Assembly: GCA_023255625.1 (NCBI GenBank)
Contig: JAHFLF010000002.1
Span: 39,734 to 103,733 of the forward strand
Length of the DNA: 64,000 bases
Reading direction: 5' to 3'
Origin: Candidatus Harrisonbacteria bacterium
GTDB lineage: Bacteria; Patescibacteriota; Minisyncoccia; UBA6257; 1-14-0-10-44-23
Shown one piece after another: positions 22,363 to 32,344 of this stretch (position 1 is the first letter of the stretch; each line of letters begins with the position of its first letter). Below the pieces are notes generated by a model. It made no database searches. It had not been told where the DNA came from and saw nothing but the letters and a program-made list of their open reading frames with translations. Made by a program: the position numbers and the translations under genes.

Positions 22363-23382
22363 TTAATTCAGTTTTAGCGGTTCAAGTGGTGATTTTGGAG
22401 AATTAAAAGCATCTTGCCGATAATAACGCAATAAGCCGTTAACGCCAGAGCCAAAATCGTCGGTCATCTTGTAGTATTTTGCAATCATTGAATAAAGATA
22501 AAATTCATTAGTTATCGAAGAGGAATTTTCTGTGAAAGGAGTCGTGCCCAATTCACGATCGCAATTAGATCCTTTTAGTCCTTTGCGCGCTCCATATTTG
22601 CAAATAACATGCCCTCTTATTTTCCTATGCCCAAATTCATGAACAATGGATGGCAGTATATAAACATCTTTCTCTGGACTGATTCCGGTCATAACATGAA
22701 ACCATCCTTTTACGCATAAATGTATATTTCTCTTCCCTGTAGCACCTTCAACATATGCCGGTTGAAACGGGCCGCATTCGGCACCATTTCTAACAATACT
22801 TTTAACATTTTCGATAATATAGTCGCCTAGCGGCTTCCCATCGGGAACATAAGAGGCAAAACCGGCACTATTTTTTGTTAAGGAATTAAAAAATAGCATA
22901 GCCGACGCGACATCTGATTCCTCGGACGGACAAGGGAATTTCGCGCCCTTTCTATTCAAAAACCCTTTTAGTTTAGAAGCATTGGCTCTCCACCAGTCAT
23001 TTTGCTCCGCACAGCTGGCGTATCCCGGCATTGGCGGCAAACCAGCCGATGGCGCAGCCGGTACAGAGGTGTATCCAGGTGGCAAATCAGATGCCGAGGC
23101 GATAATCAGTTCATCAATATCAGCATCCGCTTCTTCTGCGATCGGAATACCATAATCTAAGCCCCCCTCCTCGTTACTGCTCGGAGCGTAATATTTAGCC
23201 GCCTGCGACGCGCTAAACTGCGCGGATCGATTCGCCACATACACAATGCCGAGCGCCATGCCGAAGACAATGCCTACGATGGCCCAGGCGTACCAAGCAT
23301 GGACTCGCTGTTTACCGACGATCGTGAAATCTTTTTTAATGTCCGCAACCGTCTTCTCGCCGATGTTGTGCATATCGGGCAT
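22363..23382 (-). CDS. Secreted protein, shared leader family member 2; putative zinc metallopeptidase
   Basis: Shared leader; SIVHEFGH (HExxH) motif; several Cys. Confidence 0.75.
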   Translation of the reverse strand: MPDMHNIGEKTVADIKKDFTIVGKQRVHAWYAWAIVGIVFGMALGIVYVANRSAQFSASQAAKYYAPSSNEEGGLDYGIPIAEEADADIDELIIASASDLPPGYTSVPAAPSAGLPPMPGYASCAEQNDWWRANASKLKGFLNRKGAKFPCPSEESDVASAMLFFNSLTKNSAGFASYVPDGKPLGDYIIENVKSIVRNGAECGPFQPAYVEGATGKRNIHLCVKGWFHVMTGISPEKDVYILPSIVHEFGHRKIRGHVICKYGARKGLKGSNCDRELGTTPFTENSSSITNEFYLYSMIAKYYKMTDDFGSGVNGLLRYYRQDAFNSPKSPLEPLKLN

Positions 23383-23461
23383 ATTTATTTAATTATTATT
23401 TTTTTATGCGAAAGTAATACTATAAAGAATATTCTCATCCAAAAATTTGTCAACCGAAAAA

Positions 23462-23520
23462 CCAAAACCGTCCGCCAGATGGCGGACGGTTTTGGGAAAT
23501 GGTGGTTAAACCATTTCCCC
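23462..23520. terminator. Tandem hairpins (palindrome with CCGCCAGATGGCGG core plus GGGAAATGGT/ACCATTTCCC)
   Basis: 16-bp perfect arms around GA, then a 10-bp stem, just 3' of ORF 23534-24328. Confidence 0.65.
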
Positions 23521-23533
23521 TATTACTTACTAC

Positions 23534-24328
23534 TTAGGGTTGGCTACCAGAATTAAGACTCGGCAACAGTCCTCCATCTTCATTTGATTTTTCTCCACCG
23601 GGTGTTATCGGACCAGTTTCTTCTCCAGCCGGAGGTGGAGGTGCTCCGCCAGGACCATTCCCGGGGTTTCCTGGAAGAGTAGAGTTTCTTTCGCAATATA
23701 CGCTAAAATAAACAGTTGCTGATTGTGCTCTTGAAATGTACTTCCCCTCTTTTGCGTGAAAACCAGGAGTTTCCTCTCCTTCAGGCGCAGAAGTAACAAG
23801 CTTGCATTTTGGATCTCCATCCGGCTTAGCTATCCTAAGCGTACACTTGTCGGCTGCCACATCGCACTTATCTCCTTCGTCGAAAGCCGCGGTATATTGC
23901 CTATTAAACGAGCCATTACACTTCTCTATTGCTTTTACATTTGCCTGATGCACGGCATTCATAACTTTTTCTTCTGCCTTTTTTGCCTTATCGCTTTTAT
24001 CCTCTCCACTTTGATAACTAATCGCAAGAGACCAATCAGCAGAAGTTATGGCCACCTCGGCCGGTGTATCCGCATATACCGTAATGTCTTTAGAAAACGG
24101 ACACATTTTTGTATTTCCTGACGACGAAGAACCCCCGCCACCATCGGCGCGGCTGGCGCTAAACTGCGCGGAGCGGTTGGCGACGTAGACGATACCGAGA
24201 GCCATACCGAAAACAATGCCGACAATGGCCCAGGCATACCAGCTGTGGACGCGCTGTTTGCCGACGATCTTAAAATCCTTTTTTAAATTTGCAACTGCAT
24301 CCTCGGCCTGATTCGACTGCTGATCCAT
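23534..24328 (-). CDS. Secreted protein, shared leader family member 3 (Cys-containing domain, Pro/Gly tail)
   Basis: Shared leader; GGGGSSSSG linker; 6 Cys. Confidence 0.8.
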   Translation of the reverse strand: MDQQSNQAEDAVANLKKDFKIVGKQRVHSWYAWAIVGIVFGMALGIVYVANRSAQFSASRADGGGGSSSSGNTKMCPFSKDITVYADTPAEVAITSADWSLAISYQSGEDKSDKAKKAEEKVMNAVHQANVKAIEKCNGSFNRQYTAAFDEGDKCDVAADKCTLRIAKPDGDPKCKLVTSAPEGEETPGFHAKEGKYISRAQSATVYFSVYCERNSTLPGNPGNGPGGAPPPPAGEETGPITPGGEKSNEDGGLLPSLNSGSQP

Positions 24329-24345
24329 ATAATTAATAAATAAAA

Positions 24346-24813
24346 TTATTTTTTGAATAATGGCTTCAAGACATCGTAACGACTAACGACGCCAACTAAT
24401 TTTCGCTGCGGATCGATGACCGGGATTGGATTAATCGCGTGATGACTCTGAAAAGCTTTAACTACCTCTTCATACGAAGAGGTGCTGGCGAGCGAAAAAG
24501 GATCAACATTCATAATGTCTTTAGCCGTTAACTTCGTAACCGAGGCGACATCATCAGAAAAATCCTTTTGATCCTTGCTAAAAACCGGTAGATCGCCGAG
24601 CACCTTCTGCAGCGTCGGTAAATGAATACCCATTTGCCCGCTAATCAAATTATATTCAGTGATAATTCCAACTAAAGTATTTTCTGCATCAACAACCGGC
24701 ACGCCATTGAATTTATTGTCGGTCAAAAGTTTGGCAACATCAACTAGCGCCGTTTCCGGGCGTACCGTCATCGGCTTTTCAGTCATGATGTCTCGGATAC
24801 TTAATTCAGTCAT
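24346..24813 (-). CDS. CBS domain pair protein
   Basis: IRDIMT..GVPVVD..LVGIIT and AKDIMN..IPVID..LVGVVSRYD. Confidence 0.92.
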   Translation of the reverse strand: MTELSIRDIMTEKPMTVRPETALVDVAKLLTDNKFNGVPVVDAENTLVGIITEYNLISGQMGIHLPTLQKVLGDLPVFSKDQKDFSDDVASVTKLTAKDIMNVDPFSLASTSSYEEVVKAFQSHHAINPIPVIDPQRKLVGVVSRYDVLKPLFKK

Positions 24814-24869
24814 TGATTTAACTATATATCCGCTAGATATTTATGTCCACTGTGGATAAGACCGGGGGA

Positions 24870-25820
24870 TTACTTATGGGCGCCGGTGAGCTGGTTGCGA
24901 TGCAAAAAATCGTAAATGTTCAATAGGCCCTTTACCGCATCTCCGGCCGAGATATTGTTTTGCTTGTAAAGAACATCCGAGACATCGCCAGCCGCCCAAA
25001 TCCCAACGCAGGAGCTTTGCTGCGTTTTATGATCAACCACAATCTCGTTGCCCGGATTCAGAGTAACAAGCTCTTTAACAAAATCAGAATTTGGGAGCGA
25101 GCCGATTTCCACAAAGAGCCCTTGGGCCTGTATTTCTTTTGTCTGGCCAGTCGCTTTGTCTTGATATTTCACTGAATTAACCACTTTTTCTCCGAGTACC
25201 TCCGTGGGAACCGCCCCATATATAATTTTTACTTTCGGATGGCTTTTAACCTTATCTTGCGTGACTGAATCCCCCTTTAGCTCGGTGCCGCGCACCAGCA
25301 GCGTGATGCTACTAGCATACGGGATTGAATCAACGATTGCCTCGAGACCGGCATTGCCAGCACCGACAACAACCACATCTTTATTCTTAAAAAGCGGCGC
25401 GTCGCAGGTGCTGCAAAATACAACGCCCTTGCCGTCCAAACGATCCTCGCCCGGGATGCCGAGCCGTCGCCTCCGGCTGCCGGAGGCAATCATAATGGTC
25501 TTAGTTTCAAAAATTTTACCGCTAGAGGTTGTAAGCGAAAAATGGCCAGCCGGCGGGCCTCCGTCAACTTTCGCAACTGCGGTAACCCGTTCGCCGTCAA
25601 CAATCTCTATTCCGTGAGCGCGAACATGCTCCTCCAAATCCTGCGCGAGTTTTAATCCAGAGATGGCCTTAGTACCAACCCAGTTATAAATTTCGTTCGA
25701 GACAATTGATTGTCCACCGAAAGTTTCGGTGATGAGCGCCGTCTTAATTTGTTTTCGGCCGGCATAGACGCCGGCGGCGACAGCCGCCGGCCCGCCTCCG
25801 ATGATGATTAATTCAAACAT
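24870..25820 (-). CDS. trxB: Thioredoxin reductase (TrxB/AhpF-like)
   Basis: IIGGGPA, CSTCD, VVGAGNAG, WAAGDV. Confidence 0.93.
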   Translation of the reverse strand: MFELIIIGGGPAAVAAGVYAGRKQIKTALITETFGGQSIVSNEIYNWVGTKAISGLKLAQDLEEHVRAHGIEIVDGERVTAVAKVDGGPPAGHFSLTTSSGKIFETKTIMIASGSRRRRLGIPGEDRLDGKGVVFCSTCDAPLFKNKDVVVVGAGNAGLEAIVDSIPYASSITLLVRGTELKGDSVTQDKVKSHPKVKIIYGAVPTEVLGEKVVNSVKYQDKATGQTKEIQAQGLFVEIGSLPNSDFVKELVTLNPGNEIVVDHKTQQSSCVGIWAAGDVSDVLYKQNNISAGDAVKGLLNIYDFLHRNQLTGAHK

Positions 25821-25927
25821 AAATTGGTTAGTTGGTTACTTGGTTGGCTGGTTAGTTAGTAATGCAAATAGCAAGACAAATTAATTGATTTTTTACCAAC
25901 TAACTAGCTAACTGACTAACAAAGTAA

Positions 25928-26161
25928 CTATCCCGCCAGGGCGCGCTCCACCTCGCTCTTATTAAAACCGACAAAAATCTGCCCATCAATATCAATCACC
26001 GGCACACCCATCTGACCGGATTTAGTAACCATCTCGTCGCGAGCCGCATCGTCCTCGGCAACATTCACATCAGAATAAGCCAGCCCTTTGCTTTTGAAAT
26101 ATTCTTTGGCCATTTTGCAGTATACGCAGGTCGGAGTCGAATAAACTTTGATTGTTTTCAT
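25928..26161 (-). CDS. Glutaredoxin-like (NrdH/YruB) redoxin
   Basis: YSTPTCVYC, SGQMGVPVI. Confidence 0.93.
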   Translation of the reverse strand: MKTIKVYSTPTCVYCKMAKEYFKSKGLAYSDVNVAEDDAARDEMVTKSGQMGVPVIDIDGQIFVGFNKSEVERALAG

Positions 26162-26263
26162 AGAGTAATCGCTAATAATGCGAATGATTAGGTAATAATG
26201 CGAATGAGAGATGAACGATAAATATTATAGCATGCGAAGAAAATAGAAGAAGTCTGAATCGGG

Positions 26264-26328
26264 GGCGGTTTGCTGACAAAAAGGCGGCCGTAAAGAAGTC
26301 CTGGCCGATCTTTTGTCAGCAAACCGCC
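26264..26328. repeat. Constant-core/variable-arm hairpin, covarying outlying copy
   Basis: 18-bp perfect arms around AGG-CGGCCG-TAAAGAAGTCC-TGGCCG-ATC. Confidence 0.75.
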
Positions 26329-26345
26329 AACATGCGCAAACTACT

Positions 26346-27023
26346 CTACTTCTTAGCTAGCTCATCGTCAATCGCCTTTTTGAAGGAATCGTATGGGTAC
26401 GCCCCCTCGATGAAAACATTGTTAACAAAGCTGGCTGGCGTACCGCTGATTCCTAGATTAATTCCGTCTTCTAAATCTTTTTTCACCTCGGCGGCGGTTG
26501 CCGGATTCTTCAAACACGCGCCAAAAGCGGTGGTATCAAGCTGAAGTGAGCCGGCCAGTTGACTAAAATCTAGCTTCGGAAGCTCGCTTTGCTTTTCAAA
26601 CAGCGCGTCATGATATTCCCAATACTTTCCCTGCGCTCCGGCACACTGCGCTGCGATTGCCGCAGGAGTCGCAAAAGGATGGATATTTTCAAGCGGAAAA
26701 TCGCGATGCACCATGCGTAACTTCCCAGTTTTTACATATTCTTCCCGCAATCGACTTTCTACCGTATCAAACTGTTGCTTGCAAAATGGACACTGAAAAT
26801 CGCCGAAGATAATCATCGTTACCGGCGCATTAACATCTCCAAGCACAGCATCGTCGTCGATAGACAAAGTCGCCTTCCGCGCATCGCCGACTGGCACTAT
26901 CTCCGATTCCGCTCCCGGCTTATACATCAGTGCGCCGGCAATCAGCACTCCGGCAATGATAATACTGACCGGCAGTAATAATTTTGATGTTTTGCCCGAC
27001 GACTCTATTTGTTGTTCATTCAT
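26346..27023 (-). CDS. DsbA/BdbD-like thiol-disulfide oxidoreductase
   Basis: TM anchor, FGDFQCPFC, HRDFPL, GISGTP. Confidence 0.93.
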   Translation of the reverse strand: MNEQQIESSGKTSKLLLPVSIIIAGVLIAGALMYKPGAESEIVPVGDARKATLSIDDDAVLGDVNAPVTMIIFGDFQCPFCKQQFDTVESRLREEYVKTGKLRMVHRDFPLENIHPFATPAAIAAQCAGAQGKYWEYHDALFEKQSELPKLDFSQLAGSLQLDTTAFGACLKNPATAAEVKKDLEDGINLGISGTPASFVNNVFIEGAYPYDSFKKAIDDELAKK

Positions 27024-27135
27024 AATGAAAAAGTTATTGAATTAAATCCGTATAAAGAGTATACTATATTTTAAGTTTGCGTCCATTCGGTTTGGTAATT
27101 CAGGGTCAGCGGGGCGCTTTTTTAATGTAAAATAT

Positions 27136-28548
27136 ATGCGAACTAACACGCATTCACAGCGCCCATCACCGCAGCCAGCCGGTTGGCTTCATGGTGGCGC
27201 GCGCTACGCACTACTACTTTTTGGCGATATTCTGATTTTTTATACAACCCTCATTTTAACCTTAGTCCTGCGCTACGGTTATGAAGGATTCGAGAGCGAG
27301 GTATTTTTCGCCCACCGATACGCGTTTACTATCGGTTTACTTTTATGGCTGATCATCTTTTACCTGGGCGGGCTATATGACCGGTTAGTCGTTGTCCGCA
27401 ACATTTTGGACCGGCGTTTTTTCGCTTTAGTCGGCATCGGCGGATTATTTTTAATCCTGATGTTTTATTTTATGCCATCGCTGGGCATTACACCCAAAAC
27501 AACTCTTTTAATTTTTATCTTTGTGTACGCCGTGGTTGGCTATGGTTGGCGCATGATTTTTAATGCACTGGTGCGTGGTGCGGCTGGCCGCGGAGCAGTG
27601 CGAATCATGATGATCGGCTCATCTCTTGCCGCCGGAGAAATTTGCGACGCCATCGCAAACCAACCTGGCTACGGCTACACGATCGGCTATTCTCTGAAAG
27701 ATGGCCTGCAAACTTTTCAAAATCCAGAACTCTTTCTCAAAGAAATACGCGACCACAACATCGATCTGCTGGTGATTCCTCAACAATTAGAGCATGACCC
27801 GGGCGCGGTGCGAATTTTGTATGCCGCACTTTTAAATGGTACTTCAATCAGTACCTTGCCGGACTTTTACGAACGGCTTTTTGAAAAAGTCGCACTTTCA
27901 ATTTTGGACGAAACCTGGCTAATTCGAAATTTGGCCGACCGGCGATCGCGCTACCAAACACTCCGCCGTGTCAGCGAAATCAGCATCGCCATTATCCTCT
28001 GGCTCTTGGCCAGCCCGATTTTACTGCTGATTACACTACTCATACCGCTTACTTCCAGCGGCTCTGTTCTGTATCGACAACCGCGCATCGGCTACGATGG
28101 AAAACTATTCACATTGTACAAATTTCGCAGCATGTACTCGCACAAAGAAAAAAATCCGGATGCTGATGCCGGCTCTGCGCAGTGGTCTAGCGGCAACGGC
28201 GACGCCCGGGTAACACCATTTGGCCGTTTCTTGCGGAATACTCACCTGGATGAGCTACCGCAACTTTTTAACATTATCTGCGGAGACATGTCCTTTGTCG
28301 GGCCGCGTCCGGAACGCCCGGAGTTCACCGCCGATCTGGAAAAGAAAATACCCTATTATACTCTTCGTTACCTAGTTCGGCCCGGCATTACCGGCTGGGC
28401 ACAACTTAACTATCAATACGGCGCTTCAGTTGATGATGCTTATCAAAAACTGCAATATGATATTTACTATATAAAACGCCGCTCTTTGTGGCTGGACATG
28501 ATCATTATTTTAAAAACAATTAAGCGGCTGTTCGTGGAGCCCGATTAA
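27136..28548 (+). CDS. Polyprenyl-phosphate priming sugar transferase
   Basis: YKFRSM, LDELPQL, MSFVGPRPERP, RPGITGWAQ. Confidence 0.95.
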   Translation: MRTNTHSQRPSPQPAGWLHGGARYALLLFGDILIFYTTLILTLVLRYGYEGFESEVFFAHRYAFTIGLLLWLIIFYLGGLYDRLVVVRNILDRRFFALVGIGGLFLILMFYFMPSLGITPKTTLLIFIFVYAVVGYGWRMIFNALVRGAAGRGAVRIMMIGSSLAAGEICDAIANQPGYGYTIGYSLKDGLQTFQNPELFLKEIRDHNIDLLVIPQQLEHDPGAVRILYAALLNGTSISTLPDFYERLFEKVALSILDETWLIRNLADRRSRYQTLRRVSEISIAIILWLLASPILLLITLLIPLTSSGSVLYRQPRIGYDGKLFTLYKFRSMYSHKEKNPDADAGSAQWSSGNGDARVTPFGRFLRNTHLDELPQLFNIICGDMSFVGPRPERPEFTADLEKKIPYYTLRYLVRPGITGWAQLNYQYGASVDDAYQKLQYDIYYIKRRSLWLDMIIILKTIKRLFVEPD

Positions 28549-28552
28549 ATCT

Positions 28553-29464
28553 ATGAAAAAATTAAAGATATTAGTTACCGGCGGGGCGGGCTTCATCGGC
28601 AGCCATGTGGTGGATGCTTATATTTCCGCCGGCCACTCGGTTTCAGTAATTGACAATCTTTCGACCGGCAATCCGGCCAATGTGCACCCGAAGGCGCGTT
28701 TTTACAAAGTGGATATTCGCGACAGCGCCGGGGTCGCCGCAGTTTTTAGCCGCGAAAAACCGGAAATAGTAAACCATCAGGCGGCGCTGGCCTCCGTAAC
28801 TCTTTCTCTAAAAAGGCCACTGGAAACATATGAGGTTAATACACTCGGCACAATCAATCTCCTGTTAGCCAGCGCACCGTATATTAAAAAATTTATCTTT
28901 GCCAGTAGCGGCGGTGCTATTTACGGGCAGCCAAAAAAAATCCCGACTACCGAACAGGAACTGCCCAGCCCAATCTCTGCTTATGGATTTTCCAAACAAC
29001 TCGCCGAAGATGCCGTTCGTTTTTATGCCGGGCAACTCGGTTTTGAATATATAATTCTGCGCCCGTCGAATGTTTTCGGCCCGCGACAGAATAATGGCGG
29101 CGAGGGTGGCATTTTTGCAATTTTTACCGCTCTGGCGGCGACCGGTTCGCAGCCAACTATATATAGAAAAGAATCAACTCGCGATTATGTTTATGTTACC
29201 GATATTGCAAAGGCCAATCTGCTGGCCACCACAAAAGCCAAAAATGAGACACTGCATATCAGCTCGGCCAGACAAACTTCCAACCAGCAGGTTTACGAAA
29301 TAATCGCCAAAGAATTTGATTGGCAGAAAAAACCAATCTATCAAGCCGCCCGGCCGGGTGAAATTGCCCGAAGCGCTCTTTCTGCCGTAAAAGCTGAAAA
29401 AATGCTTGGTTGGCAGCCCACCGTCAGTATTCCGCAAGGCGTCAAAAACATGAAACTTTATTAG
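28553..29464 (+). CDS. NAD-dependent epimerase (UDP-glucose 4-epimerase-like)
   Basis: VTGGAGFIGSH, SSGGAIYG, YGFSK. Confidence 0.93.
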   Translation: MKKLKILVTGGAGFIGSHVVDAYISAGHSVSVIDNLSTGNPANVHPKARFYKVDIRDSAGVAAVFSREKPEIVNHQAALASVTLSLKRPLETYEVNTLGTINLLLASAPYIKKFIFASSGGAIYGQPKKIPTTEQELPSPISAYGFSKQLAEDAVRFYAGQLGFEYIILRPSNVFGPRQNNGGEGGIFAIFTALAATGSQPTIYRKESTRDYVYVTDIAKANLLATTKAKNETLHISSARQTSNQQVYEIIAKEFDWQKKPIYQAARPGEIARSALSAVKAEKMLGWQPTVSIPQGVKNMKLY

Positions 29465-29476
29465 TCGTTTTTTATT

Positions 29477-30934
29477 ATGGCCCTTGCTAATTTAAAACGG
29501 CTTTTTTTCTCAAACAGCAGTACCAGCCAGACAATCGCTAAAAATACTGCGTGGCTTTTTATCGGCGAGATTGTCGGGCGACTGATTCGTTTTTGGATTG
29601 TCGTCTACGCCGCCCGCGTTTTGGGTGCCGCTGAATACGGAATTTTTTCTTATGTACTCACGCTGGCCGCATTTGCCACAATCTTTGCGGATATCGGACT
29701 TTCCGCCCTGCTGACGCGCGAGACCAGCAAGGCCCCGGAGCTTCGCCAGAGTTACTTTAACTCAATGCTCACGGCTAAGGCCGGATTGATTTTAGTTGTC
29801 GGCTTAGGAATTTATTTAATTACTCCGCTGATTACTAACCTAACCGGCGCGATGGCGCTTCTGCCGCTGGTTATTTTGATGTTCATTTTTGACTCTTTGC
29901 GCGAGTTTGGCTTTGGCATGCAACGCGGGCTGGAAAGAATGGAGCTCGAGGCCATCACGAAAATAATTATGAATGCGCTAATTACCGGTTTGGGCTTTGC
30001 GGCTTTGTGGTATCAGCAAAGCGCCGGCTCGCTGGTTACCGGCTATGTTCTGGGCGCCGGCATTGGCTGTCTGATCACTGCTTGGCTCCTGCGCCGATTC
30101 ATCGCCCGGCTGAAAGACGGAGTCAATTTAAAACTGATCTGGCCAATTTTTAAGATGGCTTGGCCGCTCGGAGTGCTGCAACTGCTCGGGGCGATTATGA
30201 TTAATACCGACATGCTGATTCTCGGCTGGTTTCGCAGCCCGGTCGAGCTTGGCTATTACGGCGCGGCGCAAAAAATCATTTTGCTGCTCTATGTGGCGCC
30301 AAATTTACTGGCTTCAGCGGTTTTTCCGGTCTTCTCCCGGTTGGCCAGAGTCAATAACGAGCGATTCCGTTTATTATTCGAGAAGGTAGTTGCCTGTTCG
30401 GAGATTTTAGCCATTCCTCTGGCCGTCGGTAGCATCGTGCTGGCACCGCAAATTATCCGACTTTTATTTGGCGCTGAATATCTGCCGGGCACAGCGACTC
30501 TAGCACTGCTGATGACCACTCTAGTCATCGTCTTTCCAAGCACAATTTTTTCTAACGCGCTGTTTGCTTTTAATCAGCAGAAAAAATTTATGCTGTATGT
30601 GGCCATCGGAGTTGTTTCTAATATTATTTTAGACATTATCTTTATCCCCCGCTGGGGCATCGAGGGTTCGGCTTGGGCCACAATTATTTCCCAGGTGCTG
30701 ACCAACATCTTCATATGGCGAGCGATGTACAAAACTAATCCGTACAATATCTTAAAGCGTATTCTCCGCCCGCTGACCGCCGCAATCCTGATGGGTGCGT
30801 TGATTTACGGCCTGGCTGTTCTTGGCCTGCCGCTTTTGTTAATTATTGCTCTCGGCGCAGCCAGCTACCTAGCACTGCTCTATCTTTTACGCGAACCGCT
30901 GCTGGCTGAAGCAAGAACCCTTTTCAGGGGCTAA
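29477..30934 (+). CDS. Wzx-type flippase
   Basis: TIAKNTAWL, ARVLGAAEYGIFSY, LGYYGAA. Confidence 0.93.
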   Translation: MALANLKRLFFSNSSTSQTIAKNTAWLFIGEIVGRLIRFWIVVYAARVLGAAEYGIFSYVLTLAAFATIFADIGLSALLTRETSKAPELRQSYFNSMLTAKAGLILVVGLGIYLITPLITNLTGAMALLPLVILMFIFDSLREFGFGMQRGLERMELEAITKIIMNALITGLGFAALWYQQSAGSLVTGYVLGAGIGCLITAWLLRRFIARLKDGVNLKLIWPIFKMAWPLGVLQLLGAIMINTDMLILGWFRSPVELGYYGAAQKIILLLYVAPNLLASAVFPVFSRLARVNNERFRLLFEKVVACSEILAIPLAVGSIVLAPQIIRLLFGAEYLPGTATLALLMTTLVIVFPSTIFSNALFAFNQQKKFMLYVAIGVVSNIILDIIFIPRWGIEGSAWATIISQVLTNIFIWRAMYKTNPYNILKRILRPLTAAILMGALIYGLAVLGLPLLLIIALGAASYLALLYLLREPLLAEARTLFRG

Positions 30935-30958
30935 ATTTGACTTAATAACAGAACTTAT

Positions 30959-32341
30959 TTATCGGGAACTCAAAGATTGCCGGATAAACGCGACTAATTC
31001 TCCGGCAGCGCGCTGCACGGTGTAATTCGCAAGTGCCTGCTGGCGAGGATGATAATTCGGCAAATTCTCTAGAAATTTCTGCAATGCACCGGAGAAATCT
31101 TCCGCATTTTTGAATACGGCACCGCATTCTTTGGTCGGGTCTTCGGTGGAAATCTCGGACTCTTCGGTCATTGCTGGCTCTGCGCCATACTGGCCCGGTT
31201 GCCAAGAGAAGGTTGGAACATCAGCCATCCAGGCCTGCTTCAGTTCCTGACCGGTTAAGTCATGGCTGGCAATAAAAATCAGGCAGCGGGCACGCTGCAG
31301 AAGCCGCCGATACTGTCTCTCTGAAAAAAGGGCATTTTTTGAAACAACAATCGGCATCTTTTGATCCCACAACTTCGCGGTAATTTCGTGAAACAGTTTT
31401 TCTGGCGCGTCTTTAGCATAAACGATGCAGTGTCCGGTCTCCGCCGCACTACTTTCCCGAGAGCCAAAATCGGTAACTCCATTTGACCAGATGATCGCCT
31501 TTTCAAAATATTGATCGACACTCATCAGCCACTTCTTAATCCAACTCATACTGACTAAAATCAAATCAATTTCCGGAGAACGAAGCAATGCGCCGGGTTG
31601 GGCTGGCGCGGAAAGAATCTCTGGCCCGGCCAAAATCAACCGGACAAATCCCCTATTTTTTTGTTCAATCGCCAAAGCCAGATTTTCTTCGCCCGAGATA
31701 ACTAAAACTGTATCCGTAATTAATTCTGCCGGTGGATTGACCCGCACCTCAATTCCCAATTTGGCTAGCTCTGTGCTTAACTCTGATACAGGAGAGCCCG
31801 TCCCCCTTCGAATCGAATTAAAAAAACTGGTTATACGGCTAATTCCAAAAACCGGCTGCTGCGTAAAAATACAAATCTTACCAAGATCAGAGGGCAGCAG
31901 CGATGCCGGCAGCCGAATTTTTGCCGGTTGAGGAGCTTCGGACTCATTATCTGAACCAAGTGTTCTGACTAAAACACAGGGCACGCCAAGCCGCAGAGCC
32001 AGCCGGCCGTCATCATGCAAAGAATCGCCGATGACTACTATCGGCTTGTTTTTAACCTGCAGTTCCTGCAAAACTCGTCCGACATAGGGCTTTGGAGTAT
32101 CAAGCGACAACCACTGAATCGGCATTTTTAAATTTTCGTTTTTTTTCTGTGCTTCGGTAGTGTCGCCGTTGCTGCAAATATAAATTTCATTGCCTTGCGT
32201 AGCCAGCCGGCAAATAACCTCGGAAGATTCCGGATCAATCTCGCTGCTTATTGGCGCGGTAATCGTGCCGGTCAAATCCAACAAAATTAACGAGTCATGA
32301 AGCCGGGAGAGATCCAGCTCTTTGAAGTATCGGCGGTTCAT
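30959..32341 (-). CDS. YqeG-like HAD domain fused to a glycosyltransferase-like domain
   Basis: LLDLTGTI, CSN, KP, VIGDSLHDD N-terminally; GQELKQAWMADVPTF C-terminally. Confidence 0.65.
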   Translation of the reverse strand: MNRRYFKELDLSRLHDSLILLDLTGTITAPISSEIDPESSEVICRLATQGNEIYICSNGDTTEAQKKNENLKMPIQWLSLDTPKPYVGRVLQELQVKNKPIVVIGDSLHDDGRLALRLGVPCVLVRTLGSDNESEAPQPAKIRLPASLLPSDLGKICIFTQQPVFGISRITSFFNSIRRGTGSPVSELSTELAKLGIEVRVNPPAELITDTVLVISGEENLALAIEQKNRGFVRLILAGPEILSAPAQPGALLRSPEIDLILVSMSWIKKWLMSVDQYFEKAIIWSNGVTDFGSRESSAAETGHCIVYAKDAPEKLFHEITAKLWDQKMPIVVSKNALFSERQYRRLLQRARCLIFIASHDLTGQELKQAWMADVPTFSWQPGQYGAEPAMTEESEISTEDPTKECGAVFKNAEDFSGALQKFLENLPNYHPRQQALANYTVQRAAGELVAFIRQSLSSR

Positions 32342-32344
32342 ATT

